Source: a virus
Taxonomy: Duplodnaviria; Heunggongvirae; Uroviricota; Caudoviricetes
IMG/VR virus record: IMGVR_UViG_2718218358_000001
Span: 1 to 42,544 of that record
DNA: 42,544 bases
Reading direction: 5' to 3' (one strand)
A program made the translations under genes and the position numbers. The notes below the pieces were generated by a model, which was not told where the DNA came from, ran no database searches, and was given only the letters and a program-made list of their open reading frames with translations. Positions 1 through 8,169 of the stretch are shown here, in pieces. Each line of letters starts with the position of its first letter. Position 1 is the first letter of the stretch.

Positions 1-1248
1 ATGGCACTGAATATTCCATTCAGAAATGCGTACTATCGTTTTGCATCCAGTTACTCATTTCTCTTTTTTATTTCCTGGTCGCTGTGGTGGTCGTTATACG
101 CTATTTGGCTGAAAGGACATCTAGGGTTGACAGGGACGGAATTAGGTACACTTTATTCGGTCAACCAGTTTACCAGCATTCTATTTATGATGTTCTACGG
201 CATCGTTCAGGATAAACTCGGTCTGAAGAAACCGCTCATCTGGTGTATGAGTTTCATCCTGGTCTTGACCGGACCGTTTATGATTTACGTTTATGAACCG
301 TTACTGCAAAGCAATTTTTCTGTAGGTCTAATTCTGGGGGCGCTATTTTTTGGCTTGGGGTATCTGGCGGGATGCGGTTTGCTTGATAGCTTCACCGAAA
401 AAATGGCGCGAAATTTTCATTTCGAATATGGAACAGCGCGCGCCTGGGGATCTTTTGGCTATGCTATTGGCGCGTTCTTTGCCGGCATATTTTTTAGTAT
501 CAGTCCCCATATCAACTTCTGGTTGGTCTCGCTATTTGGCGCTGTATTTATGATGATCAACATGCGTTTTAAAGATAAGGATCACCAGTGCGTAGCGGCA
601 GATGCGGGAGGGGTAAAAAAAGAGGATTTTATCGCAGTTTTCAAGGATCGAAACTTCTGGGTTTTCGTCATATTTATTGTGGGGACGTGGTCTTTCTATA
701 ACATTTTTGATCAACAACTTTTTCCTGTCTTTTATGCAGGTTTATTCGAATCACACGATGTAGGAACGCGCCTGTATGGTTATCTCAACTCATTCCAGGT
801 GGTACTCGAAGCGCTGTGCATGGCGATTATTCCTTTCTTTGTGAATCGGGTAGGGCCAAAAAATGCATTACTTATCGGAGTTGTGATTATGGCGTTGCGT
901 ATCCTTTCCTGCGCGCTGTTCGTTAACCCCTGGATTATTTCATTAGTGAAGTTGTTACATGCCATTGAGGTTCCACTTTGTGTCATATCCGTCTTCAAAT
1001 ACAGCGTGGCAAACTTTGATAAGCGCCTGTCGTCGACGATCTTTCTGATTGGTTTTCAAATTGCCAGTTCGCTTGGGATTGTGCTGCTTTCAACGCCGAC
1101 TGGGATACTCTTTGACCACGCAGGCTACCAGACAGTTTTCTTCGCAATTTCGGGTATTGTCTGCCTGATGTTGCTATTTGGCATTTTCTTCTTGAGTAAA
1201 AAACGCGAGCAAATAGTTATGGAAACGCCTGTACCTTCAGCAATATAG
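1..1248 (+). CDS. cscB: sucrose:H+ symporter CscB (LacY / oligosaccharide:H+ symporter family, MFS)
   Basis: 415-aa ORF starting at window position 1 with about 12 hydrophobic segments; N-terminus MALNIPFRNAYYRF and overall LacY-family pattern; recognised from memory as the csc-locus permease that lies next to argW in sucrose-positive E. coli. Confidence 0.85.
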   Translation: MALNIPFRNAYYRFASSYSFLFFISWSLWWSLYAIWLKGHLGLTGTELGTLYSVNQFTSILFMMFYGIVQDKLGLKKPLIWCMSFILVLTGPFMIYVYEPLLQSNFSVGLILGALFFGLGYLAGCGLLDSFTEKMARNFHFEYGTARAWGSFGYAIGAFFAGIFFSISPHINFWLVSLFGAVFMMINMRFKDKDHQCVAADAGGVKKEDFIAVFKDRNFWVFVIFIVGTWSFYNIFDQQLFPVFYAGLFESHDVGTRLYGYLNSFQVVLEALCMAIIPFFVNRVGPKNALLIGVVIMALRILSCALFVNPWIISLVKLLHAIEVPLCVISVFKYSVANFDKRLSSTIFLIGFQIASSLGIVLLSTPTGILFDHAGYQTVFFAISGIVCLMLLFGIFFLSKKREQIVMETPVPSAI

Positions 1249-1689
1249 ACGTAAACTTTTTCCGGTTGTTGTCGATAGCTCTATATCCCTCAACCGGAAA
1301 ATAATAATAGTAAAATGCTTAGCCCTGCTAATAATCGCCTAATCCAAACGCCTCATTCATGTTCTGGTACAGTCGCTCAAATGTACTTCAGATGCGCGGT
1401 TCGCTGATTTCCAGGACATTGTCGTCATTCAGTGACCTGTCCCGTGTATCACGGTCCTGCGAATTCATCAAGGAATGCATTGCGGAGTGAAGTATCGAGT
1501 CACGCCATATTTCGCTATCAGGATTCTGTGTGATGGTTACATCGCCCGGCCCAGGGCTGTTTAGTCATCAGCGCTTTCTGACAGTGCTGAGATTTCAACC
1601 TGTTGCAGTAAAAATGAGTAGATATAAGGCAAGTGTGCTGCCAAACCCATCTTTTACGGGGTGAAGGTAGATTTCGTTTGAAGGGTATC

Positions 1690-1704
1690 TGGTGTCCCCT
1701 GCAG
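1690..1704. repeat. att core copy at the torI-proximal prophage junction (TGGTGTCCCCTGCAG)
   Basis: exact 15-bp direct repeat of 41462..41476, which is the 3' acceptor/CCA end of argW read on the plus strand. Confidence 0.7.
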
Positions 1705-1777
1705 ACATCTACTTGAAGCGGCAGGGGATTGATTGGAATGGTGTTTTTTAGATGTGATAAATATTTTACCCGCTATT

Positions 1778-1978
1778 TTACCCATTGGCGCGGCTTAAGA
1801 GCTTATTTTTGAATTCACAATGGTCACGATATAACCATCTTGCTCGTCCGTGGATAACTTTGGCTTTAGGCAGGTCTCCGGACTTAATCCGGTCATAGAT
1901 GAAGGTCTTACCAAAGCCAGTATCAGCCATGATGAATTTCAAATCAACCAGTGAATCAGGTTGTAGTTCGTGTTGCAT
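1778..1978 (-). CDS. torI: excisionase / recombination directionality factor, TorI type (AlpA/Xis-like winged helix)
   Basis: 66-aa ORF MQHELQPDSLVDLKFIMADTGFGKTFIYDRIKSGDLP... recognised as TorI of the E. coli argW prophage remnant; lies at the prophage end opposite the integrase. Confidence 0.85.
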   Translation of the reverse strand: MQHELQPDSLVDLKFIMADTGFGKTFIYDRIKSGDLPKAKVIHGRARWLYRDHCEFKNKLLSRANG

Positions 1979-1997
1979 GAGTGCTATCTCCGAATAG

Positions 1998-2013
1998 GGA
2001 ATCGAACCTGCAA
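1998..2013. repeat. second tRNA-derived 16-bp repeat (GGAATCGAACCTGCAA), identical to the argW T-arm segment at 41476..41491
   Basis: exact 16-bp match; sits 20 bp upstream of the torI start codon, whereas at the other end it directly abuts the 15-bp core. Confidence 0.5.
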
Positions 2014-2020
2014 ATCAGGC

Positions 2021-2043
2021 AATAAAAAACCGCCATCAGGCGG
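2021..2043 (-). terminator. rho-independent terminator (minus strand)
   Basis: hairpin CCGCC-TGAT-GGCGG followed by a T-run on the minus strand, just downstream of the last early-left ORF and upstream of torI. Confidence 0.5.
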
Positions 2044-2203
2044 CTTGGTGTTCTTTCAGTTCTTCAATTTGAATATTGGTTACTTCTGCATGTGCTATCT
2101 GCGCCCATATCATCCAGTGGTCGTAGCAGTCGTTGATGTTCTCCGATTCGATAACTCTGTTGAATGGCTCTCCATTCCATTCACCTGTGACTCGGAAGTG
2201 CAT
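2036..2203 (-). CDS. hypothetical small protein (55 aa)
   Basis: ORF-track ORF trimmed to the first ATG (track start is a TTG codon); weak SD; last ORF of the early-left operon. Confidence 0.35.
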   Translation of the reverse strand: MHFRVTGEWNGEPFNRVIESENINDCYDHWMIWAQIAHAEVTNIQIEELKEHQAA

Positions 2204-2238
2204 TTGTGATTTCCCCAAAAGATGCTTGAGTGCGCTTC

Positions 2239-2538
2239 TTATTCGATTCGCACACCTGGTATTTCGCCTTTTGAAATGGCTAAGTCATAAATTTGCGCAG
2301 CACTATACCCATCTCGCATCCATGAATCTAAGGCGCGAATAGCCTCGCTACGCTTTTTATCTTCTCTTTCATTTTTGATATCAACGAGGACATCAACGCA
2401 ATTAAGGCAAATGTGGATTTTGTCCTTACATTCGATCATGGCGGCTTTACCATGATTTCCGCCACACAGTGAGCATAAATCTTCAGGGTCTGGCTGGTAT
2501 TTCTGTAACGTTAGAGGGTTGAATGTTGAACAGACCAT
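2239..2538 (-). CDS. hypothetical Cys-rich protein (possible zinc ribbon; CSLCGG and CLNC motifs)
   Basis: ORF with GGAGA SD 5 nt upstream of the ATG at 2538; the longer track start at 2550 abuts a terminator hairpin and has no SD. Confidence 0.55.
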   Translation of the reverse strand: MVCSTFNPLTLQKYQPDPEDLCSLCGGNHGKAAMIECKDKIHICLNCVDVLVDIKNEREDKKRSEAIRALDSWMRDGYSAAQIYDLAISKGEIPGVRIE

Positions 2539-2550
2539 AATCATCTCCAT

Positions 2551-2575
2551 AAAACAAAACTCGCCGTAGCGAGTT
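2551..2575 (-). terminator. rho-independent terminator inside the early-left operon (minus strand)
   Basis: hairpin AACTCGC-TACG-GCGAGTT followed by TTTGTTTT on the minus strand. Confidence 0.45.
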
Positions 2576-2609
2576 CAGATAAAAGAAATTCCCGCGAGTG
2601 CGAGGATTG

Positions 2610-2894
2610 TTATTCATTGCCGATATTCACCTTTATCGCGTACACCTTTACCGGTTTATCGCCGAAGTGGGGATGTGTGATTGTCTTTATTTCATAGCCG
2701 TCATACGGAACATCAATTCTGCGGTTGGAATCGTCGCGCTTCGGATATCCCTTTGTGATAATCAGGCGGTCATACTTACGGTTAACGAGGCGCTTATTCC
2801 AGTAGTCATTAAACAGGCGATACTCTTCCGTTTTCTCTCCGCGAATCATGGCATCGAAGTATTCACCTTTAACGGCAAGTTGCAGGTTAGCCAC
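2610..2894 (-). CDS. hypothetical early protein
   Basis: 94-aa ORF; the track start is a GTG codon with GGAAG SD; an in-frame ATG 45 nt downstream is an alternative start. Confidence 0.5.
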   Translation of the reverse strand: MANLQLAVKGEYFDAMIRGEKTEEYRLFNDYWNKRLVNRKYDRLIITKGYPKRDDSNRRIDVPYDGYEIKTITHPHFGDKPVKVYAIKVNIGNE

Positions 2895-3456
2895 GGTTAA
2901 CTTCCTGCGGCGGTTCCGGTAGCGGCATCCAGTGGGTTACTCCATGCCATATACCAGTTAAGATTTCAAACCTTGGCTCTCTGCCTTTCTGTGTCTTGGC
3001 ATATTCATTTCTTGTATATACGCATTGTCTAACTGCATATCCATTCCATCCAATAACTGTTTGTCTGATTTCAGGCATTCGCTCACTACAGCTTATCCAA
3101 CCATCCGGAGTTACCGGAGCTGGTCCGTCGAATTCGGGCATGTCAGGACCTTTTCTGATAGCTTTAGCCAGCTCCAGCGGGTCATCGTAAAGCCAGTCGC
3201 CAGTTTGTGGGTGATTTGCTTCTGCAAGCTGCGCAGCCCATTCAAGACCATCTTTTTGACCTTGGAGATAATCAAGTGGCAACTCTTCATGATTACTTGC
3301 AGGTTCGGCATTATCAGCTTCGCGCCGCTTCTGTAGCTCTGCTGCCATTGCTCTCACGACTTCAACTGGTGCCCTTGCAGCAAACTCTATGTTGGTGATC
3401 AGCTCATTAAGATATTGCTCGCCTGGATACTGTTTCTTATCGGTTATAGTGGTCAT
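2887..3456 (-). CDS. hypothetical early protein with DUF551-like C-terminal region
   Basis: track ORF trimmed to the ATG at 3456 preceded by AGGAGA SD; C-terminal W/H-rich motif (WISCSERMPE...WHGVTHWMPLPEPP) resembles the phage DUF551 domain. Confidence 0.55.
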   Translation of the reverse strand: MTTITDKKQYPGEQYLNELITNIEFAARAPVEVVRAMAAELQKRREADNAEPASNHEELPLDYLQGQKDGLEWAAQLAEANHPQTGDWLYDDPLELAKAIRKGPDMPEFDGPAPVTPDGWISCSERMPEIRQTVIGWNGYAVRQCVYTRNEYAKTQKGREPRFEILTGIWHGVTHWMPLPEPPQEVNRG

Positions 3457-3457
3457 C

Positions 3458-3649
3458 TCACTCTCCTTTGATGCGGAAGTGGTTTTTCCAGCGGTTTTGT
3501 GCCGCGCTTCTGTTTCGCCAGACACCGTAAAAACGAATAGAGGACCACTCTCTAAAACCAAGATATCTATAGCGAACAACAAGCCGATTTGAGATACGGA
3601 TACGCTGCCCGGGCTTTGCTATCAGCATCTTTGCTTTACGGTTTTTCAT
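3458..3649 (-). CDS. hypothetical small basic protein (63 aa)
   Basis: ATG start with GGAGA SD; Arg/Lys-rich. Confidence 0.5.
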   Translation of the reverse strand: MKNRKAKMLIAKPGQRIRISNRLVVRYRYLGFREWSSIRFYGVWRNRSAAQNRWKNHFRIKGE

Positions 3650-3773
3650 CGTTTTGTTCTCCGATTAGTTCAGCCATTTTTATTACCGCCCTTTCGGGCG
3701 GCCTCCTGATGTTCTGAGGGTGCAGAAATCCCTCCGGTTAAGGATTAGATTTTATTTACAACACTAAATTTAA

Positions 3774-4466
3774 TTATTCAGGCGAGCGAATCTGTTCCGC
3801 CCATTCTTCAAGGGATTTCTCCGCATATTCACCAGACAGGCCATCAATCGGATGCGGTTCATTAGCCAACTCTTCTTTCGCTGACAAAATCATGCGTGTA
3901 ACGTCGAAAACTTCACGCAAAGACTTATTGATAAATCCGTGATTGAACGCAGCAGCAAGACGGCTTGCGGTATAGTTAATCCCCTCGTTGCGTGCTTCCG
4001 CACGAATTTTAGCCAGAAAAGCATCGGTGGCTTGGGTTTCGATATCGTTAATTTCAGGAAGAATCTCTTCCCATGTAGCGATATCGCCATTCAAATGCCA
4101 TCCGGCAATTCCACTGGAGTTATCCGCAACACTCCGAACGGCTTCAATAGTTTCATGCATTGCCGCATTCTCCGCCGCCAGCGCCACAAGATTAGCTTCC
4201 AGTTCTGCAATGCGCTTCTCTGCGGTTTCCAGCGTTCTGCCTAGCTCGCCATTCTTCTTCTCCAGCAATTCAATTCGGTCAGCCTGCTGGTTGATATGGT
4301 TGTCCTGTGCGGACCATGCTTTGTCTTTGGATTCCCGTTCATCCAGCAGTGCCAGCACAACCTGAGGTGTGACTTTCATACGAAATGCCAGCAATTTTTG
4401 TGGTGTGGCTGCTATTTTTATTGCTTCTGCCGCTTCACGCAGTGCCTGATAATCAATCTTGCTCAC
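3774..4466 (-). CDS. hypothetical early protein with coiled-coil region
   Basis: 230 aa from a GTG start with AGGAGG SD 6 nt upstream; the GTG overlaps the stop of the upstream small ORF (GTGA); the track ATG at 4487 is an alternative. Confidence 0.6.
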   Translation of the reverse strand: MSKIDYQALREAAEAIKIAATPQKLLAFRMKVTPQVVLALLDERESKDKAWSAQDNHINQQADRIELLEKKNGELGRTLETAEKRIAELEANLVALAAENAAMHETIEAVRSVADNSSGIAGWHLNGDIATWEEILPEINDIETQATDAFLAKIRAEARNEGINYTASRLAAAFNHGFINKSLREVFDVTRMILSAKEELANEPHPIDGLSGEYAEKSLEEWAEQIRSPE

Positions 4467-4630
4467 TGGTTGCCTCCTTTGCGCCACATCGCATTCAGAT
4501 ATTTGTTTTGATTCACTGATGGAAAAGAATTTCTCTTAAGCAATTCTTCTCTCGATGGCATTGGTTTTACGCGTTGGCGAATAATCATTTCTGCCGGAAG
4601 AATGCCGGGATTGTATGCAAGTCCTCTCAT
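4463..4630 (-). CDS. hypothetical small protein (55 aa)
   Basis: below the ORF-track threshold; ATG at 4630 overlaps the upstream stop (ATGA) and its own stop overlaps the next start, suggesting translational coupling. Confidence 0.35.
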   Translation of the reverse strand: MRGLAYNPGILPAEMIIRQRVKPMPSREELLKRNSFPSVNQNKYLNAMWRKGGNQ

Positions 4631-4917
4631 GATTTACTCTCCACGAACTGGTCAATAGCCATGCTAAGTGACACACCTAAAGTCTCGATATGCTGCTGAA
4701 TATCCTGTAGCGTCTGCGCCTGAGATAACAGGATTTCACGGTTGCATAACTCTTTAACCAGATGCTCAAACTTGCTGTAATAACCGATACGACTTAGTGT
4801 TTCTTTCCCTGCATTCTCGCCTTCTTTGATAATTCCTCTTTCGCTAAGAATCAGATCGTGTTTGGTTCCGGTAATAACGTATTTTCCGAGGTCGATGTTT
4901 AGCTTCATTGTTTTCAT
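4627..4917 (-). CDS. hypothetical protein (97 aa)
   Basis: track ORF trimmed to the ATG at 4917 with GAGGA SD 7 nt upstream. Confidence 0.5.
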   Translation of the reverse strand: MKTMKLNIDLGKYVITGTKHDLILSERGIIKEGENAGKETLSRIGYYSKFEHLVKELCNREILLSQAQTLQDIQQHIETLGVSLSMAIDQFVESKS

Positions 4918-4927
4918 TGTTAATTCC

Positions 4928-5221
4928 TCAGTCATTACTGATAGCGCCATAGCGTGAGCGGTAATTACGCAGGCGCGGGTCAATTTCAGGGAAGTGGGTA
5001 TATGTGGCTTTGCGGAATGGTCTGATTGATGTCTGGTAAATTCGCTCGCGTTCTTCTTTCTCTGCAAGCCATATACAGTGGCGAAATTCCTTTTCCTCTT
5101 TCGTTTCCTGCGGTAGCGACATTATCCGGTCGTAGTTTTTCCTGAATTTATCCAGCACCTCCGATACGGAATTGCCGGAACAGCGGCGTGGGTCATCCGC
5201 ACCATACAGAGGCGCTGGCAT
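4928..5221 (-). CDS. hypothetical protein (97 aa)
   Basis: ATG start with AAGGA SD. Confidence 0.55.
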   Translation of the reverse strand: MPAPLYGADDPRRCSGNSVSEVLDKFRKNYDRIMSLPQETKEEKEFRHCIWLAEKEERERIYQTSIRPFRKATYTHFPEIDPRLRNYRSRYGAISND

Positions 5222-5244
5222 AATTAAATCCTTATTTTTCTAAA

Positions 5245-5628
5245 TCAGAATGGGATGGAATCGTCGTATACAGGAGTGTTCTGCTGGTTACTACTTTGCT
5301 GCTGCGGGCCATTTCCTGAAGCTGCAAATCCAATCTTTGCATTCAGTAATTCAAGAGTGATTGATTGACCATTTTGCCCCTGATAAACATCAACCCTGAT
5401 GTTTTCTCCGGTAATTTCCACAATGCCACCTTCAACAAGAACACTACGGTAGTAATCCGCTTGCGCTCCCGGCTTGGCAAATACAACGGCGCTGTAGTTT
5501 GTCCATTCTTTCTTTTTTGTCTGGCGATCGTAATACTGAACGCCAGCACGGATGTTGAATCCGATATTTTCCCCGGCCTGAAACTCTCTTGCGGGCTTGT
5601 TTAGTCTTACAGTAATCGAATGTGCCAT
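5245..5628 (-). CDS. single-strand DNA-binding-like protein (divergent OB-fold candidate with acidic DDSIPF C-terminus)
   Basis: C-terminal DDSIPF resembles the SSB DDDIPF tip; Gln/Asn-rich linker; start ATG overlaps the erf stop (TAATG); the N-terminal fold is not verified. Confidence 0.5.
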   Translation of the reverse strand: MAHSITVRLNKPAREFQAGENIGFNIRAGVQYYDRQTKKKEWTNYSAVVFAKPGAQADYYRSVLVEGGIVEITGENIRVDVYQGQNGQSITLELLNAKIGFAASGNGPQQQSSNQQNTPVYDDSIPF

Positions 5629-6233
5629 TAAGCAGCAGCTCCTTCTAATTCGTCTCGTCTGATGTTGTAAACGTCCTGCGCTTTGTGCTGCTCCGGTGTG
5701 CCTTCGAGCATCTTCCACGCTTTGGCGAACGCCTGTTTAAGCTCTTCTACGGTGTTTTTCTGCATTGCTGCGTCAGTGAATGCTTTTAGAACCTGTTCAG
5801 GTGTAGGTGATGGTTTTGATTGCTTTGCTGCTGCGTTCTGCTGATGTTTATGCTCGTCGGTATCTGCATCTTTCGCATCATCAATGCCGAACAAACCATT
5901 GAGGCAATACTTGCGTGCATAAGAGCTTGTGGCTCCCGTAACTTGTGCAGAATCCATTCCTTTCTTGCTTTCTTCCTCTCGTGCAAGAGCGGTTGCCGTA
6001 TGACTGTTTTCGCCATCGGTAATAGTTGCCGTGGCTTTCACGTAATACCGATCACCAATCAACACAACTTCATCGCTGATTGATAAAAACAGACCATTCA
6101 GTAACGGCTTAACGCCTTCAAGAATATCTTCGCAGCTTCTGTATTTATATTTACCGAATGAGTTGTACTGATTTTTTGGCGCGTTCAGATTCTCCTGAAT
6201 AGCTGCCAGTCTTGCGTAAAATTCTTTGCTCAT
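5628..6233 (-). CDS. erf: Erf-family single-strand annealing recombinase
   Basis: MSKEFYARLAAIQENLNAPKNQYNSFGKYKYRSCEDILEGVKPLL... matches remembered P22 Erf. Confidence 0.85.
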   Translation of the reverse strand: MSKEFYARLAAIQENLNAPKNQYNSFGKYKYRSCEDILEGVKPLLNGLFLSISDEVVLIGDRYYVKATATITDGENSHTATALAREEESKKGMDSAQVTGATSSYARKYCLNGLFGIDDAKDADTDEHKHQQNAAAKQSKPSPTPEQVLKAFTDAAMQKNTVEELKQAFAKAWKMLEGTPEQHKAQDVYNIRRDELEGAAA

Positions 6234-6322
6234 ATGTTTGTTCTCAGAATGGACATGGCCCAAGGAAATAACGCTGATTTAATACTTCAGTCTTTGCCGC
6301 ATTCAAAAATACGCGAACACCT

Positions 6323-6493
6323 TCACGATCTCCCTTCTGGCGATACATTAACGCCTGCTGCGTGTACATGCGTCTCTGTAACTTGCTCTCCTTCACTGTG
6401 GTTGCAAGTGACATGCATATCTCCTTCGTTACCGATTAAATCTTTCATCTGACGAATGAATTCTTCGTCTGACCAGTTATCTGTAAAACTCAT
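6323..6493 (-). CDS. hypothetical small protein (56 aa)
   Basis: ATG at 6493 with CAGGAA SD; overlaps the upstream stop (ATGA). Confidence 0.35.
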   Translation of the reverse strand: MSFTDNWSDEEFIRQMKDLIGNEGDMHVTCNHSEGEQVTETHVHAAGVNVSPEGRS

Positions 6494-6642
6494 TTCCTGC
6501 GATACCACGGAATGTTGATAGCTGATTTCATCGCTTTATTTGCTTCAAGCCACATTTTGGAATCACCAATAAATCTGGCTATTACTGCTTTGTTCTGTGC
6601 AGCACGAAGCATCTGGTGATTAATGGCTATTTCATTGCGCAT
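6490..6642 (-). CDS. hypothetical small protein (50 aa)
   Basis: below the track threshold; translationally coupled to neighbours. Confidence 0.3.
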   Translation of the reverse strand: MRNEIAINHQMLRAAQNKAVIARFIGDSKMWLEANKAMKSAINIPWYRRK

Positions 6643-6761
6643 AACGCCTCCAGTTGTTTCTTTGCTGCTCTGATTAATTGTTTAACTCGGCGTGATAATT
6701 CAGATTCGTGCGGGTAGAAAGCGGACATGACGCCGCTACCCGCGAGCTGAAAGTGCATCAT
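6627..6761 (-). CDS. hypothetical small protein (44 aa)
   Basis: ATG at 6761 preceded by AAGGAG SD at ideal spacing. Confidence 0.35.
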   Translation of the reverse strand: MMHFQLAGSGVMSAFYPHESELSRRVKQLIRAAKKQLEALCAMK

Positions 6762-6836
6762 GGGTAACTCCTTATATTTGATTGCATAACGAAAACGCCT
6801 CGAGTGAAGCGTTATTGGTATGCGGTAAAGCCGCAC

Positions 6837-7205
6837 TCAGGCGGCTTTGATAGTCATATCATCTGAATCAAATATTCCTGATGTATCGATATCGGTAATT
6901 CTTATTCCTTCGCTACCATCCATTGGAGGCCATCCTTCCTGACCATTTCCATCATTCCAGTCGAACTCACACACAACACCATATGCATTTAAGTCGCTTG
7001 AAATTGCTATAAGCAGAGCATGTTGCGCCAGCATGATTAATACAGCATTTAATACAGAGCCGTGTTTATTGAGTCGGTATTCAGAGTCTGACCAGAAATT
7101 ATTAATCTGGTGAAGTTTTTCCTCTGTCATTACGTCATGGTCGATTTCAATTTCTATTGATGCTTTCCAGTCGTAATCAATGATGTATTTTTTGATGTTT
7201 GACAT
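6837..7205 (-). CDS. hypothetical early protein (122 aa)
   Basis: ATG start with GAGGA SD; acidic protein. Confidence 0.55.
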   Translation of the reverse strand: MSNIKKYIIDYDWKASIEIEIDHDVMTEEKLHQINNFWSDSEYRLNKHGSVLNAVLIMLAQHALLIAISSDLNAYGVVCEFDWNDGNGQEGWPPMDGSEGIRITDIDTSGIFDSDDMTIKAA

Positions 7206-7346
7206 CTATTCATATCCTCATAGATAAAAAATCGCCCTCACACTGGAGGGCAAAGAAGATTTCCAATAATCAGAACAAGTCGGCTCCTGTTTAGTTACGA
7301 GCGACATTGCTCCGTGTATTCACTCGTTGGAATGAATACACAGTGC

Positions 7347-7535
7347 TTATTCGTCATGCATTTCAGGTAATTCTTCGTATTCGACTCCCCATACGTTTTT
7401 ACACCAACTAACTCGCTCATATCTTTTACAAAAATCAGACCACATAACTTGTGTTCCATCATGGTTTGTTATTACTTCTGTAATATCACCAACACTAACA
7501 AAACTGGTATTAGAAGCAGTTATTTTTACTTTCAT
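7347..7535 (-). CDS. hypothetical small protein (62 aa)
   Basis: ATG at 7535 with GGAGG SD; overlaps the upstream stop (TGATG). Confidence 0.45.
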   Translation of the reverse strand: MKVKITASNTSFVSVGDITEVITNHDGTQVMWSDFCKRYERVSWCKNVWGVEYEELPEMHDE

Positions 7536-7669
7536 CACTCACCTCCAAGAGCATTTGCAGCCTCTTTTGCTTTGTGAATCCATAGCATAGCCATGTAGTA
7601 CACAGCCTTTTCGTCGGCTCCTGTGATATCTTGCTCTGCCATCCATTTTGTAAATTCAACTGCGTTCAT
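7535..7669 (-). CDS. hypothetical small protein (44 aa)
   Basis: below the track threshold; GAGGTG SD. Confidence 0.3.
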   Translation of the reverse strand: MNAVEFTKWMAEQDITGADEKAVYYMAMLWIHKAKEAANALGGE

Positions 7670-7702
7670 ATTCACCTCTGTGGCTTGCTGCCAAAAGAAT
7701 CA

Positions 7703-7861
7703 TCAAAATCCTAACTGCCACAAAATACCTTTGATTGTGTACTCTCCGCTCCATCCTGAAACTGAGTAGCATCGACTGCCGTTTTTATAACTTTTTGTTG
7801 GTTTCATCTTTAATCCACGACTGGCAAGCAATGATTTTGTTAAAGATACATTCATGTTCAT
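7703..7861 (-). CDS. hypothetical small protein (52 aa), first ORF downstream of N
   Basis: below the track threshold; GAGGTG SD. Confidence 0.3.
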   Translation of the reverse strand: MNMNVSLTKSLLASRGLKMKPTKSYKNGSRCYSVSGWSGEYTIKGILWQLGF

Positions 7862-7869
7862 ATCTCACC

Positions 7870-8169
7870 TCAAATAAGTGGTTTGCTGCCTAATTTCATT
7901 TTCTGGCGACCAACACAAGTCACACCCATTTCACTGCGTGGCTTGCGGTAGTAAATACGATTCTGTTTACTCTCGACTTCTTCTGTCTTCTTGCAGCGAA
8001 GGCTTCCGAGTGATGCTGCTTTGTCTGCTCTGACGCAACCAGAGAGCTTTAGCGCAATTTTTCGCGCCAGTCGCTGCTCTTGCATTGCCTGTTCACGTTG
8101 AGTCTGTCTGCGTGCTCTGCGGCGATTTCTGGCGTTATCGTCAGCCAGATATGTAATGACTACTGTCAT
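7870..8169 (-). CDS. N: antitermination protein N (phage 21-like)
   Basis: track ORF trimmed to the ATG at 8169 with GGAGGT SD; N-terminal Arg-rich motif NARNRRRARRQ; C-terminus YYRKPRSEMGVTCVGRQKMKLGSKPLI resembles the N-protein C-terminus. Confidence 0.75.
   Translation of the reverse strand: MTVVITYLADDNARNRRRARRQTQREQAMQEQRLARKIALKLSGCVRADKAASLGSLRCKKTEEVESKQNRIYYRKPRSEMGVTCVGRQKMKLGSKPLI

Noticed and set aside
1249-1689. Possible gene or pseudogene between cscB and the prophage junction
   Set aside because: No intact ORF with a start and SD was found; it could be a decayed remnant, but I cannot support a call without a similarity search.
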